Assembly (NCBI GenBank): GCA_041391505.1
Contig: JAWKNW010000013.1
Span: 77,255-141,254 of the forward strand
Direction: 5' to 3'
Length of the DNA: 64,000 bases
From: Rhodothermales bacterium
Lineage (GTDB): Bacteria > Bacteroidota > Rhodothermia > Rhodothermales > JAHQVL01
The position numbers were made by a program, and so were the translations under genes. The number at the start of each line of letters is the position of its first letter. The stretch's first letter is position 1. The notes below the pieces were generated by a model, which saw only the letters and a list, made by a program, of their open reading frames with translations, ran no database searches and had not been told where the DNA came from. Positions 27,148 through 36,040 of this stretch are shown piece after piece.

Positions 27148-28131
27148 ATGGAACGCCTGGCCATCTTTTACATCGTTATCCTCTTCTTTGCGCCTCATGA
27201 CTCGATCGCCCAATCGCGGTACGATCCGCTGGCGCGTCCTGCAGGCGCCGATCCTTCGTTCGTCGATCTGATGATCCGCGACGACGCGCGCAGCCGGGAT
27301 ATCCCGATGCGGGTCTACCTCCCGGCCGACCGCCAGCCCGCCCCCGTGGTGCTGTTCAGCCACGGCCTCGGCGGATCGCGTGAAAATGGCGCCTATCTGG
27401 GCGAGCACTGGGCGGCGCGAGGGTATGTCGTCGTCTTTATGCAGCATGCGGGGAGCGACGAGGGCGTGTGGAAGGGAAAGCGTGCGAGGCAGGCCTTGAA
27501 GGACGCGCGAAAGGCTGCCAACGCCGAAAACCTGAAGCTCCGCATTCAGGATGTACACCGCGTGCTGGACCAGCTGCATGCCTGGCAGCGTGTGCCCGAG
27601 CATCCACTCGCCGGCCGGCTGGATCTGGAGCATGTCGCCATGTCCGGCCATTCGTTCGGCGCCATCACCACCCAGGCCGTGAGCGGGCAGGCCTTCCCGG
27701 GGCAGTCTCTGGACGCCCGAGATGCCCGGATCGATGCGGCGGTCATTTTCAGTCCGAGCGCCCCCCGGCGCGGGAGTCCGGAGGCCGCGTTCGGAGCGGT
27801 TCAGACGCCCTGGATGTTGATGACGGGGACCGAAGATACCGCGCCGATCGGCGACATCGAGCTCGGCGACCGGCTGGCCGTGTACCCGGCGCTGCCCCCG
27901 GGCGATAAATACGAGGTCGTGCTCGACGGCGCGGCGCATTCCGCCTTCTCGAGCAGCGCGCGGCTTCGCGATCGGGCTTCGCGCAATCCGAATCACCACC
28001 GGGTCATCCTCGCCCTCAGCACGGCGTTTCTGGACACGTATCTCAAGGGGGATGCGGCGGCACGGGCATGGCTGATCGGATCGGGGCCCGCCGGCGTGCT
28101 GGAGCCGAAAGATCGCTGGCAACACAAATAG
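27148..28131 (+). CDS. Alpha/beta hydrolase (PAF-acetylhydrolase / dienelactone-hydrolase-like)
   Basis: ATG at 27148 gives a signal-like N-terminus (MERLAIFYIVILFFAPHDSIAQ). PVVLFSHGLGGSR, and the nucleophile elbow MSGHSFGA. Confidence 0.75.
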   Translation: MERLAIFYIVILFFAPHDSIAQSRYDPLARPAGADPSFVDLMIRDDARSRDIPMRVYLPADRQPAPVVLFSHGLGGSRENGAYLGEHWAARGYVVVFMQHAGSDEGVWKGKRARQALKDARKAANAENLKLRIQDVHRVLDQLHAWQRVPEHPLAGRLDLEHVAMSGHSFGAITTQAVSGQAFPGQSLDARDARIDAAVIFSPSAPRRGSPEAAFGAVQTPWMLMTGTEDTAPIGDIELGDRLAVYPALPPGDKYEVVLDGAAHSAFSSSARLRDRASRNPNHHRVILALSTAFLDTYLKGDAAARAWLIGSGPAGVLEPKDRWQHK

Positions 28132-28178
28132 ATGCGTATTATCCGGTCGATCTTCCATCCGTCATTCCGTCCCGATCC

Positions 28179-29048
28179 ATGAACGCCCCTGCCATCCAAC
28201 CTGAACTTCGCATCTCGCTGGCCGAATGGTCGCTGCATCGCACGATCTTTTCCGGAGCGCTGCACCCGCTCGACTTCCCCGTTGTCGCCCGACGCGATTT
28301 CGGCATCGATGCCGTCGAATACGTCAACCAGTTTTTTCTGCCGTCGGACCTATTCGTCGCCGAACTCAAACGGCGTGCTGACGGCGAAGGCGTGCAGAGC
28401 CTGTTGATCATGGTGGATGTATGCGGCCGGCTCGGCGACGCCGATGCGCGTCTCCAGGCCGATGCCGTCGACCGGCACCTCCGCTGGCTGGACGTCGCCG
28501 CCGCGCTCGGGTGCTACGCCATCCGTATCAACGCCCGCAGCGACGGCTCCGCCGAGGAACAGACGCAGCGCATGACCGACGGCCTCCGCCGTCTCGGCGC
28601 AGAGGCGGCCGGGCGGGGCCTGTCCGTACTCGTCGAGAACCATGGCGGTTTTTCGAGCCACGGCGACTGGCTCGCTGGCCTCATGACATCGGTCGATCTC
28701 CCCAACGTCGGGACGCTACCGGATTTCGGCAACTGGTACCCGGCCGATGAATACGGCGGCCCCACGCCCGTCGGCAAGGCCGGGCTGTATTACGACCGGT
28801 ATCTCGGGGTCGGAGAGATGATGCCGTTTGCGCTGCGCAGCGTCAGCGCGAAGTCGTACGCCTTCGACGAGGCCGGCAACGAGACGAGCATCGACTATGC
28901 ACGGATGGCCGGCGTGATCGCGCACCACGGTTTTTCAGGCTGGGTGGGCATCGAATACGAAGGCACCGCCCTGCCCGAAACCGAGGGAATCCGCGCCACG
29001 AAACGCCTCCTCGAGCGCGTCATCGGCCGGCAGGAACGCGGGATGTAG
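28179..29048 (+). CDS. Sugar phosphate isomerase/epimerase (xylose-isomerase-like TIM barrel)
   Basis: ATG at 28179 (MNAPAIQPELRISLAEWSLHRTIF...). GIDAVEYVNQFF, YAIRINA, LSVLVENHGG, GTLPDFGNW, GWVGIEYEG. Confidence 0.85.
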   Translation: MNAPAIQPELRISLAEWSLHRTIFSGALHPLDFPVVARRDFGIDAVEYVNQFFLPSDLFVAELKRRADGEGVQSLLIMVDVCGRLGDADARLQADAVDRHLRWLDVAAALGCYAIRINARSDGSAEEQTQRMTDGLRRLGAEAAGRGLSVLVENHGGFSSHGDWLAGLMTSVDLPNVGTLPDFGNWYPADEYGGPTPVGKAGLYYDRYLGVGEMMPFALRSVSAKSYAFDEAGNETSIDYARMAGVIAHHGFSGWVGIEYEGTALPETEGIRATKRLLERVIGRQERGM

Positions 29049-29054
29049 GGGGGT

Positions 29055-29198
29055 GGGGGGATGCAAGATTTAGGGGGATGCAAGATGCAGGATGCAGGAT
29101 GTACTCGAGATATCTCCAATATCCTGCATCCAACATCCTGCATCCAACTTCCTGCATCCCACTTCCCGCTTCCTGCATCCAACATCCCGCATCCCCCC
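29055..29198. repeat. 144-nt imperfect palindrome of GGATGCA-type heptamers / 14-mers (candidate bidirectional hairpin)
   Basis: Outer stem GGGGGGATGC (29055-64) / GCATCCCCCC (29189-98). Inner stem GGATGCAGGAT (29090-29100) / ATCCTGCATCC (29121-31). Loop 29101-29120. The right arm is about 5.5 tandem 14-mers (ATCCTGCATCCAAC...). It fills the gap between convergent genes. Confidence 0.85.
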
Positions 29199-29204
29199 AT
29201 CCCT

Positions 29205-30704
29205 TCACGCCATACCGGACAGCGTGTCGTTGATTGGTTTCAGCGCGGGATACAGCGCCCGGTACTGGTCGTAGTAGAGCGCGTAGGCGGCCACGGATTC
29301 TTCGCGGCAGGGGGTGCTTCCGGTGATCCGGATGCATGACCGGGCGGCGGTGTCGACATCCGGCCACGCGCCGGCGCCCACGCCGGCCAGCAGCGCCGCC
29401 CCGTAGGCCGCGCCTTCGGTCGTGTTCACCGTCACCAGCTCTGCCCCGAGGATGTCGGCCAGGATCTGACGCCAGACGGCGGACTTTGCGCCGCCGCCCG
29501 AGATGCGTACCTGACGCGGCGCCGGCAACCCCGAGGTACGTAGCAGCTCGAAGCTGTCCTTCAGCCCGAAACCGACGCCTTCCAGCACCGAACGCGTCAT
29601 GTGGTTTCGGGTGTGTCGGACGGTCAGCCCGACGTAGGCGCCCCGCGCGTACGGGTCGGGATGCGGGGTGCGTTCCCCCGTCAGATAGGGCAGGAAGAGC
29701 AGGCCTTCGCTTCCCTCCGGGATGTCGGCTGCCGCGGTGACCAGTTCCTCGAAATCGATGCCCGGGGCGATGGTGTCGCGATGCCAGCGCAGGCTGCCCG
29801 CCGCCGAGAGCATCACGCCCATCATGTGCCATCTGCCGGGAACGGCGTGGCAGAAACCATGCAGCCGGCCCTCCGGCTCGATCGCCGGCTGGTTCGCGCT
29901 GGCGAACACCACGCCGGACGTCCCCAGCGTCAGCGCCACGATGCCTTCCTCGACCGCCCCGACGCCGACGGCCTGCGCCGCCTGGTCGCCGCCCCCGCCC
30001 ACGACGGGGATGCCGGCGGGAATCCCGAGCACCGCCGCCGCGTCGGCGGAAACGCGGCCGGTGATCTCCGGACCCTCATGCGTGTCCGGCAGCCAGTGGC
30101 GCGGGATGTCGAGTGCTTCCAGGACGTCGGGCGACCAGTCGCGGCTGCGGACATCGAGCAGGAGCGTGCCTGCGGCGCCGGCGCGGTCGGTGGCGTAGTC
30201 GCCTGTGAGCCGGTAGCGGACATAGTCTTTCGGCAGCAGCATCTGGGCGATGCGGCTGTAATGCTCCGGCTCGTTGTTGCGCACCCAGAGCACCTTGGGG
30301 GCGGTGAAGCCGGTCAGGGCGTCGTTTCCGGTGAGCTGGATCAGCCGTTCTTTGCCCACGCGCTCGCGGATTTCGTCGCACTCAGCGCCGGTGCGCTGAT
30401 CGTTCCAGAGCAGCGCCGGCCGGATCACCTCGCCGTGCGCATCCAGCAGCACCAGGCCGTGCATCTGTCCCGTCAAGCCGATGCCGGCGATCTCCTTCGG
30501 GTCGATGCCTGTCTTTCCGATCACCGCGCGCACGCTGTCGACCGTACCCTTCCACCAGTAATGCGGGTCCTGCTCGCTCCAGAGCGGGCGAGGCGTATCG
30601 TACGGGTATTCGGACGAGGCGACGCCGGCCACTGCGCCGGATTCGTCCATGATCAGGGCCTTGGTGGCCGTCGTCGAGCTGTCGATACCGATGAAGTAGG
30701 GCAT
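29205..30704 (-). CDS. xylB: Xylulokinase (FGGY carbohydrate kinase)
   Basis: ATG at 30704: MPYFIGIDSSTTATKALIMD..., GLTGQMHGLVLLD, WNDQR, ...ISGGGAKS..., a typical XylB. Confidence 0.9.
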   Translation of the reverse strand: MPYFIGIDSSTTATKALIMDESGAVAGVASSEYPYDTPRPLWSEQDPHYWWKGTVDSVRAVIGKTGIDPKEIAGIGLTGQMHGLVLLDAHGEVIRPALLWNDQRTGAECDEIRERVGKERLIQLTGNDALTGFTAPKVLWVRNNEPEHYSRIAQMLLPKDYVRYRLTGDYATDRAGAAGTLLLDVRSRDWSPDVLEALDIPRHWLPDTHEGPEITGRVSADAAAVLGIPAGIPVVGGGGDQAAQAVGVGAVEEGIVALTLGTSGVVFASANQPAIEPEGRLHGFCHAVPGRWHMMGVMLSAAGSLRWHRDTIAPGIDFEELVTAAADIPEGSEGLLFLPYLTGERTPHPDPYARGAYVGLTVRHTRNHMTRSVLEGVGFGLKDSFELLRTSGLPAPRQVRISGGGAKSAVWRQILADILGAELVTVNTTEGAAYGAALLAGVGAGAWPDVDTAARSCIRITGSTPCREESVAAYALYYDQYRALYPALKPINDTLSGMA

Positions 30705-30751
30705 GGAGGGCAGGTTGCAGGTTACGGGTGAGAATAGCACTTCTTTTCCTT

Positions 30752-30782
30752 TCGTCATCCCCAACCTGATCGGGGATGACGA
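30752..30782. repeat. Perfect 11-bp hairpin with GTCATCCCC / GGGGATGAC arms
   Basis: TCGTCATCCCC (30752-62), 9-nt loop AACCTGATC, GGGGATGACGA (30772-82). Lies between the S9 peptidase stop (30810) and the xylB start (30704). Shares the arm motif with 2265-2316. Confidence 0.8.
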
Positions 30783-30809
30783 GCCACGAGGCAACAGGCA
30801 AGGCTCAAA

Positions 30810-33632
30810 CTACTTCGCGGTCTCCAGTTCGAGACCGAGCGTTTTTCCCTTCATGGTGGCGGGTATGCCCTCGCTCATCCAGGCTGGCTCCGGGGCGTCC
30901 AGGAGGTAATGATCGAAAAACTGCTGCATCCGGATCGCGAAGTCGCGTTTGTTCGGGTATTTCTGGAGGCCGTGCGGTTCGCCGTTGTAGTTGAGCATCC
31001 AGACCGGCTTCCCGAGCCGGCGGAGGGCGACAAAAAACTCGATGCCCTGGTACCACGGCACGGCGCCGTCGGCGTCGTTGTGCATCATCAGCAGGGGTGT
31101 CTCGATCTTGTCCGCCTGAAACAGGGGCGAGTTGTCGATGTAGCGGAGCGGGTAGTCCCAGAGCGTCCCGCCGATCCGGCTCTGGGTGCGCTCGTACTGG
31201 AACATGCGGCTCATGCCTGTCTCCCACCGGATGCCGCCATAGGCGCTCGTCATGTTGGACACGGGCGCGCCGGCCTCGGCGGCTCGGAAGATGTTGGTTT
31301 CCGTGATCATGTAGGCGATCTGGTACCCGCCCCAGCTGTGCCCCTGGACGCCGATCCGCTCCGGATCGACAAAGCCGGCCGCGATGAGGCTCGTCACGCC
31401 CGGGATCACCGCGTTCAGTGCACTCTCGCCGGGGTATCCGATCCGGTAGACGATGTCCGGCACGAACACCAGGTACCCGCGGCTCGCGTAGAACGTAAAG
31501 TTGATGGACGAGCGGCTGGTGGCCGGCGCGTTGTGGGCGTTGAGGTTGTCCGACATCCGCTCATAAAAATAGACCATCATCGGGTATTTCTTCGAGGGAT
31601 CGAAATCCTCTGGTTTGTAGAGGATGCCTTCGAGCGGCAGACCGTCATTCGAGGTCCAGGAAACCAGTTCCGCCGTGCCCCAGCGATAGCCGGCCTGCTG
31701 CGGATTGGCGTCGCTGACCTTGCGCGGGTCGCCGAGGCTGAGATTGCTCGCCCACAGGTCGGGGAATTCGCCGAAGTTCTCGCGGGAATACAGCAACCGT
31801 TCCGCGTCGCGCGCCTTCACCGGCGTGCCGAAGCGCCATCCTCCCATGACGAGCGGCGCCGGCCGCTGGCTTTTGCGGGCGTCGAGCCGGTAGAAGCCGC
31901 CGTCCTTCGTCGTTTCGTCGAATGCACTCAGCAGGATAGGCGCGGCGAGATCGACGGCCGGCATGTCGGGGTCCAGCCGGATGGCGCGCAAGCGCAGGTG
32001 CGCTTCCCGCCCGAGGCCGGCGGTGAGGTTTACCGGTGCGTCCTGGCCGTCGGGGTCGACGGACCAGACATCGTTTTTGTCGTACACGAGGAATGCCGCG
32101 TCGTCCGTCGACCAGCCCGCCGAGCCGTAAGGGGAGGGCGCCATCGGACGATCGTTCGTCTCGTCGTCGACCGGAAAGGGGATGCCGGCCGTCAGGTTCA
32201 CGACACGACCGCCCTCGACGCTCCGGCCAAACCAGTGCCGGGCCTTTCCATCCCACCAGTAGACATACTTCGCAGCCGGCGACAGCGCGGCGCGCGACCC
32301 GATTTGCATCGCCACCATCTCGCGGCGGCCGGTGCCGACATCGATGAGGTAGGCATCGTAATAGGAATCGTCCCACGAAACCAGCTGGCGGTACGGGATA
32401 TCCGACAGGCCGATCGCCACGTCCGCATCGCCCCGGTCACCAACCGTGACATCCGGCACGACGGCGGTGCCCAGCTGGACGATACGGCGCGCTTCCAATA
32501 GCACGACCGCTGTGTAGGCGCGTTTGAGTTCTCGATCCCGCTGAACCAGCTGCATCGGCTGGAGGAGCGGGTCCCGCCAGTTCCATACGTCGAGCCGGGG
32601 CTGCTCTTCATCGAGCGGCTCTTCTTCAGGTTCGGGCGCGGGGCGGGGGGCAGTGCCAAAGAGAAGGCGGGAGCCCGATTCGGAAAACGCCGGCTCCCGA
32701 TCCACGCTCACCCACCAGTCCGCCGGCATCCCCGCGGAGTCCGCCGCCGCCAGCGCCTCGACGCCGCCGGCGGGTGTCCACCGGTAGAGCGTGAAGCCGG
32801 GCTGATCGGCGTCGAAGTCGTCGCGGTTCGACAAAAACGCGAGCTGCTCGCCGGCCTTGTCGAACACCGGTTTTTCGTAGTCGCCGGGGCCGGCCAGGAT
32901 GGGCGTCACGACGCCCGTGGCCGTTTCTATCACCGACAGGCCGTCGTGCGAGCCGTCTTTCGTCTCGGTGGCCGCGGCCAACCAGCGGCCGTCCGGAGAA
33001 AAGGCATAGGCGAGCACATCGTCGATCACGGTTTCGTCCGCCGTTTCCAGACGGCGAAGCACGAGGGGCTTGCCGGCCTGGCGCTCCTTTTTACTGGACG
33101 AAGGCTTCGCCGCGGTCGTGTCGGTTTTCGCCGAATCCGGGCTGGCCTCGGGGGCGTCGGCCAGGAGGTACGCGACCCAGCCGGCGGCTTTTTCGGGCAG
33201 CTTATAGGACGTCACGCCCGGGATGCGCACGACCGCGCCGGTCGCGGTGTCCAGCAGGCCGAGATCGTCTCGAGGGAGGTCATCCCCCTTTTTGCCGGCG
33301 CGTTTGGCGGCGCGGACGGAATCGAGCGGCGGTTTGATGAGGAAGGCCACGTACTGCGCGTCCTCCGTGAACGCGGCGTTGTCCGCGAACGGGATCGTAT
33401 GCGAGGCGTTGCCGTCGAGCGCGTCCACGACGAGGCGGGAATCGCCGTCCTCCGGCGCCAGCGTATGCAGTGCCCATCTGCCGTCGTTCGAGAGCGCCCG
33501 CGAGGTGATGCGGTTCCAGACGTCGTAGGCGTCGTGGTCGAGCGGCCGGCGGTCGGACTGGCCAAAAAGTACGGTAGGATGCGCGAGCGCGAGCACAAAA
33601 AGCCCGATGGCGGCGCCTCTAAAAAAACGCAT
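30810..33632 (-). CDS. S9 family serine peptidase (prolyl oligopeptidase/DPP-like) with N-terminal beta-propeller
   Basis: ATG at 33632 gives a signal peptide (MRFFRGAAIGLFVLALAHPTVLFGQ). Catalytic elbow GVQGHSWGGY, then MMHNDADGAVP (Asp) and NGEPHGL (His). Confidence 0.85.
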   Translation of the reverse strand: MRFFRGAAIGLFVLALAHPTVLFGQSDRRPLDHDAYDVWNRITSRALSNDGRWALHTLAPEDGDSRLVVDALDGNASHTIPFADNAAFTEDAQYVAFLIKPPLDSVRAAKRAGKKGDDLPRDDLGLLDTATGAVVRIPGVTSYKLPEKAAGWVAYLLADAPEASPDSAKTDTTAAKPSSSKKERQAGKPLVLRRLETADETVIDDVLAYAFSPDGRWLAAATETKDGSHDGLSVIETATGVVTPILAGPGDYEKPVFDKAGEQLAFLSNRDDFDADQPGFTLYRWTPAGGVEALAAADSAGMPADWWVSVDREPAFSESGSRLLFGTAPRPAPEPEEEPLDEEQPRLDVWNWRDPLLQPMQLVQRDRELKRAYTAVVLLEARRIVQLGTAVVPDVTVGDRGDADVAIGLSDIPYRQLVSWDDSYYDAYLIDVGTGRREMVAMQIGSRAALSPAAKYVYWWDGKARHWFGRSVEGGRVVNLTAGIPFPVDDETNDRPMAPSPYGSAGWSTDDAAFLVYDKNDVWSVDPDGQDAPVNLTAGLGREAHLRLRAIRLDPDMPAVDLAAPILLSAFDETTKDGGFYRLDARKSQRPAPLVMGGWRFGTPVKARDAERLLYSRENFGEFPDLWASNLSLGDPRKVSDANPQQAGYRWGTAELVSWTSNDGLPLEGILYKPEDFDPSKKYPMMVYFYERMSDNLNAHNAPATSRSSINFTFYASRGYLVFVPDIVYRIGYPGESALNAVIPGVTSLIAAGFVDPERIGVQGHSWGGYQIAYMITETNIFRAAEAGAPVSNMTSAYGGIRWETGMSRMFQYERTQSRIGGTLWDYPLRYIDNSPLFQADKIETPLLMMHNDADGAVPWYQGIEFFVALRRLGKPVWMLNYNGEPHGLQKYPNKRDFAIRMQQFFDHYLLDAPEPAWMSEGIPATMKGKTLGLELETAK

Positions 33633-33791
33633 GCTATAAGCGGGTTGGGTGGGATCGGGATGCGAGCAGGAATATATCGCGCCGTGCCGATTAATGCGCG
33701 CCCCGTGCGCCAAACGGGCCGGCTTCGATTGCACTTCAAAAGATCCTATATTGGAGGCCGATCACCCTGTATCCGCATCCCCTGCTACCCG

Positions 33792-34805
33792 ATGAAATCG
33801 ATCGTCCTCGAGGCCCCCGGTCAGTTTCGGTTTGATGAACGTCCCGATCCGAGCCCGAAAGGGAGCGGCGACGCGCTCGTCCGGGTGCGACGGATCGGGG
33901 TGTGCGGCACCGACCTGCACGCCTATCGGGGTGATCAGCCGTTTTTCGCGTATCCGCGGGTGCTGGGTCACGAACTCGGCGTCGAAGTCGTCGCAAGCGC
34001 CAGCGATCGGGTTCGGCCGGGCGACTACGGCGCGGTGGAGCCCTACCTGCATTGCGGCGTATGCCGGCCCTGCCGCGAGGGCCGCACCAACTGCTGTTCG
34101 AAGCTTTCCGTGCTGGGCGTCCACCAGGACGGCGGCCTGTGCGATTACCTCGTGGTCCCGGCGTCCAAGCTCCACGTCTCCGCCATGTTGCCGCTGGAGC
34201 ATCTTGCGCTGGTGGAGATGCTGGGCATCGGGGCGCACGCGGTGGCGCGCGCCGGCATCACCGCGCAGGATCAGGTGCTGGTGATCGGGGCCGGTCCCAT
34301 CGGGCTCTCCGCCATCCAGTTTGCCCGCCTGGTCGGCGCCGATGTCGTGGTGATGGAGACGAACCCGGACCGCATGGCGTTCTGCAAGCGGTTCATGGAC
34401 GTGCGCGGCTGCGTCGCCGCCGGCGACGACGCCGAGCGGTGCCTCCGCGAACAGTTCGACGGCGACCTGCCCGGCGTCGTCCTCGACGCCACCGGAAACC
34501 GGCATGCCATGGCGAACGCGTTTTCGCTGGTCGACTCGGGCGGGAGACTCGTCTTGATCGGCCTCTTCATCGGCGAGCTGGCGTTCTACGATCCCGAATT
34601 TCATCGCAAGGAGCTCACGCTCCTCAGCAGCCGCAACGCCACCGCCGCCGACTTCGCCTATGTGATCCGGATGCTCGAATCGGGCAAGATCAACCTGAAC
34701 CCGTGGATCACGCACCGCGTGGGGTTCGACGACGTCATCGACGCCTTTCCCACGTTTGTCGATCCGGCGGAAGGCGTGATCAAGGCCATGATCGACCTCG
34801 ATTGA
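33792..34805 (+). CDS. Zinc-binding medium-chain alcohol/polyol dehydrogenase
   Basis: ATG at 33792 (MKSIVLEAPGQFRF...). GVCGTDLH, GHELGVEVV, CGVCRPCREG (structural Zn), GAGPIGL Rossmann motif. Confidence 0.85.
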   Translation: MKSIVLEAPGQFRFDERPDPSPKGSGDALVRVRRIGVCGTDLHAYRGDQPFFAYPRVLGHELGVEVVASASDRVRPGDYGAVEPYLHCGVCRPCREGRTNCCSKLSVLGVHQDGGLCDYLVVPASKLHVSAMLPLEHLALVEMLGIGAHAVARAGITAQDQVLVIGAGPIGLSAIQFARLVGADVVVMETNPDRMAFCKRFMDVRGCVAAGDDAERCLREQFDGDLPGVVLDATGNRHAMANAFSLVDSGGRLVLIGLFIGELAFYDPEFHRKELTLLSSRNATAADFAYVIRMLESGKINLNPWITHRVGFDDVIDAFPTFVDPAEGVIKAMIDLD

Positions 34806-35010
34806 GCCACGCCGCGTTCCGGCCTTTTCCCGCCGGCTCCGGCAGGGGGCGGCGACCCCCGGGCCGGCACACCGAACCTCGACCGGGTCCGCAAAATTCT
34901 GAAATCGCGGGCGAAACTAAAGCGACCGCGTTCCGTTTTTAGCCGCGCTCTCACCCACTTCGTTCCAACCCAAAGGCGGGGGAACACTCCGCGCTTCAGG
35001 TGTCTGCCCG

Positions 35011-36027
35011 ATGCAAACGTCTATCGCCCATTTTCTCGAGCATCACTACCGCCATTTCAACGCCGCGGCGCTGGTCGACGCCGCCAAGGCCTACGTCGAC
35101 CATGTCGACCAGGGTGGGGCGATGATGGTGACGCTGGCCGGCGCCATGAGCACGGCCGAACTCGGGCTTTCGCTCGCCGAAATGATCCGGAAGGATCTCG
35201 TCCACATCATCTGCTGCACCGGCGCGAACCTGGAGGAAGACCTGTTCAACCTGGTCGCGCACGACTACTACGTGCGCATTCCGAACTACCGCGACCTGAC
35301 GCCGGCCGATGAGGAAAAACTGCTCGATCGCCACCTGAACCGCGTCACGGACACCTGTATCCCGGAAGAAGAGGCCATCCGGCGTCTGGAGAAGGCGGTC
35401 CTGAAGGAATGGCAGGACGCCGACCGCAAGGGCGAGCAGTACTTCCCGCACGAGTTCATGTACCGCGTCATACGGAGCGGCGCGCTCGAACAGTATCACC
35501 AGATCGACGTCAAGGACAGCTGGCTCGTCGCGGCCTGCGAAAAGAACCTGCCGATCATCGTCCCCGGATGGGAGGACTCGACGCTGGGCAACATCTACGC
35601 CGCGCATTGCATCGAGGGCGACGTCAAGAACGTGCATACCGTACGTTCGGGCATCGAATATATGATGATGCTCGCCTCCCTCTACCAGAAAGAAACGAAG
35701 GAACGGACGGTCGGCTTCTTCCAGATCGGCGGCGGCATCGCCGGCGACTTCCCGATCTGCGTCGTGCCCATGCTCCATCAGGACCTGCAGCGCACCGAGG
35801 TGCCGCTCTGGGGGTACTTCTGCCAGATCAGCGACTCCACGACCAGCTACGGGTCGTATTCGGGCGCTGTCCCGAACGAAAAGATCACCTGGGGCAAGCT
35901 GGGCGTCGATACGCCCCGCTTCGTCATCGAATCCGATGCGACGGTCGTCGCCCCGTTGATCTTCGCCTACGTGCTCGAACGCTCGTCGGTCGCTGCGGCG
36001 GCCGCGGGCATCTCGCTCTCCGCTTAA
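35011..36027 (+). CDS. Deoxyhypusine synthase-like protein
   Basis: 338 aa. ...MVTLAGAMSTAELG..., DLVHIICCTGANLEEDLFNLV, NRVTDTCIPEEE, GGGIAGDF are DHS-family signatures. Confidence 0.8.
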   Translation: MQTSIAHFLEHHYRHFNAAALVDAAKAYVDHVDQGGAMMVTLAGAMSTAELGLSLAEMIRKDLVHIICCTGANLEEDLFNLVAHDYYVRIPNYRDLTPADEEKLLDRHLNRVTDTCIPEEEAIRRLEKAVLKEWQDADRKGEQYFPHEFMYRVIRSGALEQYHQIDVKDSWLVAACEKNLPIIVPGWEDSTLGNIYAAHCIEGDVKNVHTVRSGIEYMMMLASLYQKETKERTVGFFQIGGGIAGDFPICVVPMLHQDLQRTEVPLWGYFCQISDSTTSYGSYSGAVPNEKITWGKLGVDTPRFVIESDATVVAPLIFAYVLERSSVAAAAAGISLSA

Positions 36028-36040
36028 CCCACAAACGAGA

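Noticed and set aside
29104-29114. Overlapping XhoI (CTCGAG) and EcoRV (GATATC) sites in the loop of the 29055-29198 palindrome, which could hint at a cloning scar
   Set aside because: It is an 11-nt coincidence inside a natural-looking repeat element. There is no vector, marker or polylinker sequence around it.
32946-33791. Long N-terminal extensions offered by the ORF track for several genes (ADH 32946, aguA 38495, PQQ-SDH 39241, aminotransferase 5370, hydrolase 26992, TIM barrel 28068, hypothetical 47963)
   Set aside because: The extensions overlap neighbouring real genes, are Arg/Pro/Gly-rich, and precede internal ATGs that yield canonical N-termini or signal peptides. The shorter starts are used.
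34806-35010. Possible attenuator or terminator (CGCGG...CCGCG followed by TTCCGTTTTT) upstream of the polyamine operon
   Set aside because: The stem is only about 5 bp and the surrounding pairings are ambiguous. I cannot distinguish an ADH terminator from a regulatory leader by eye.
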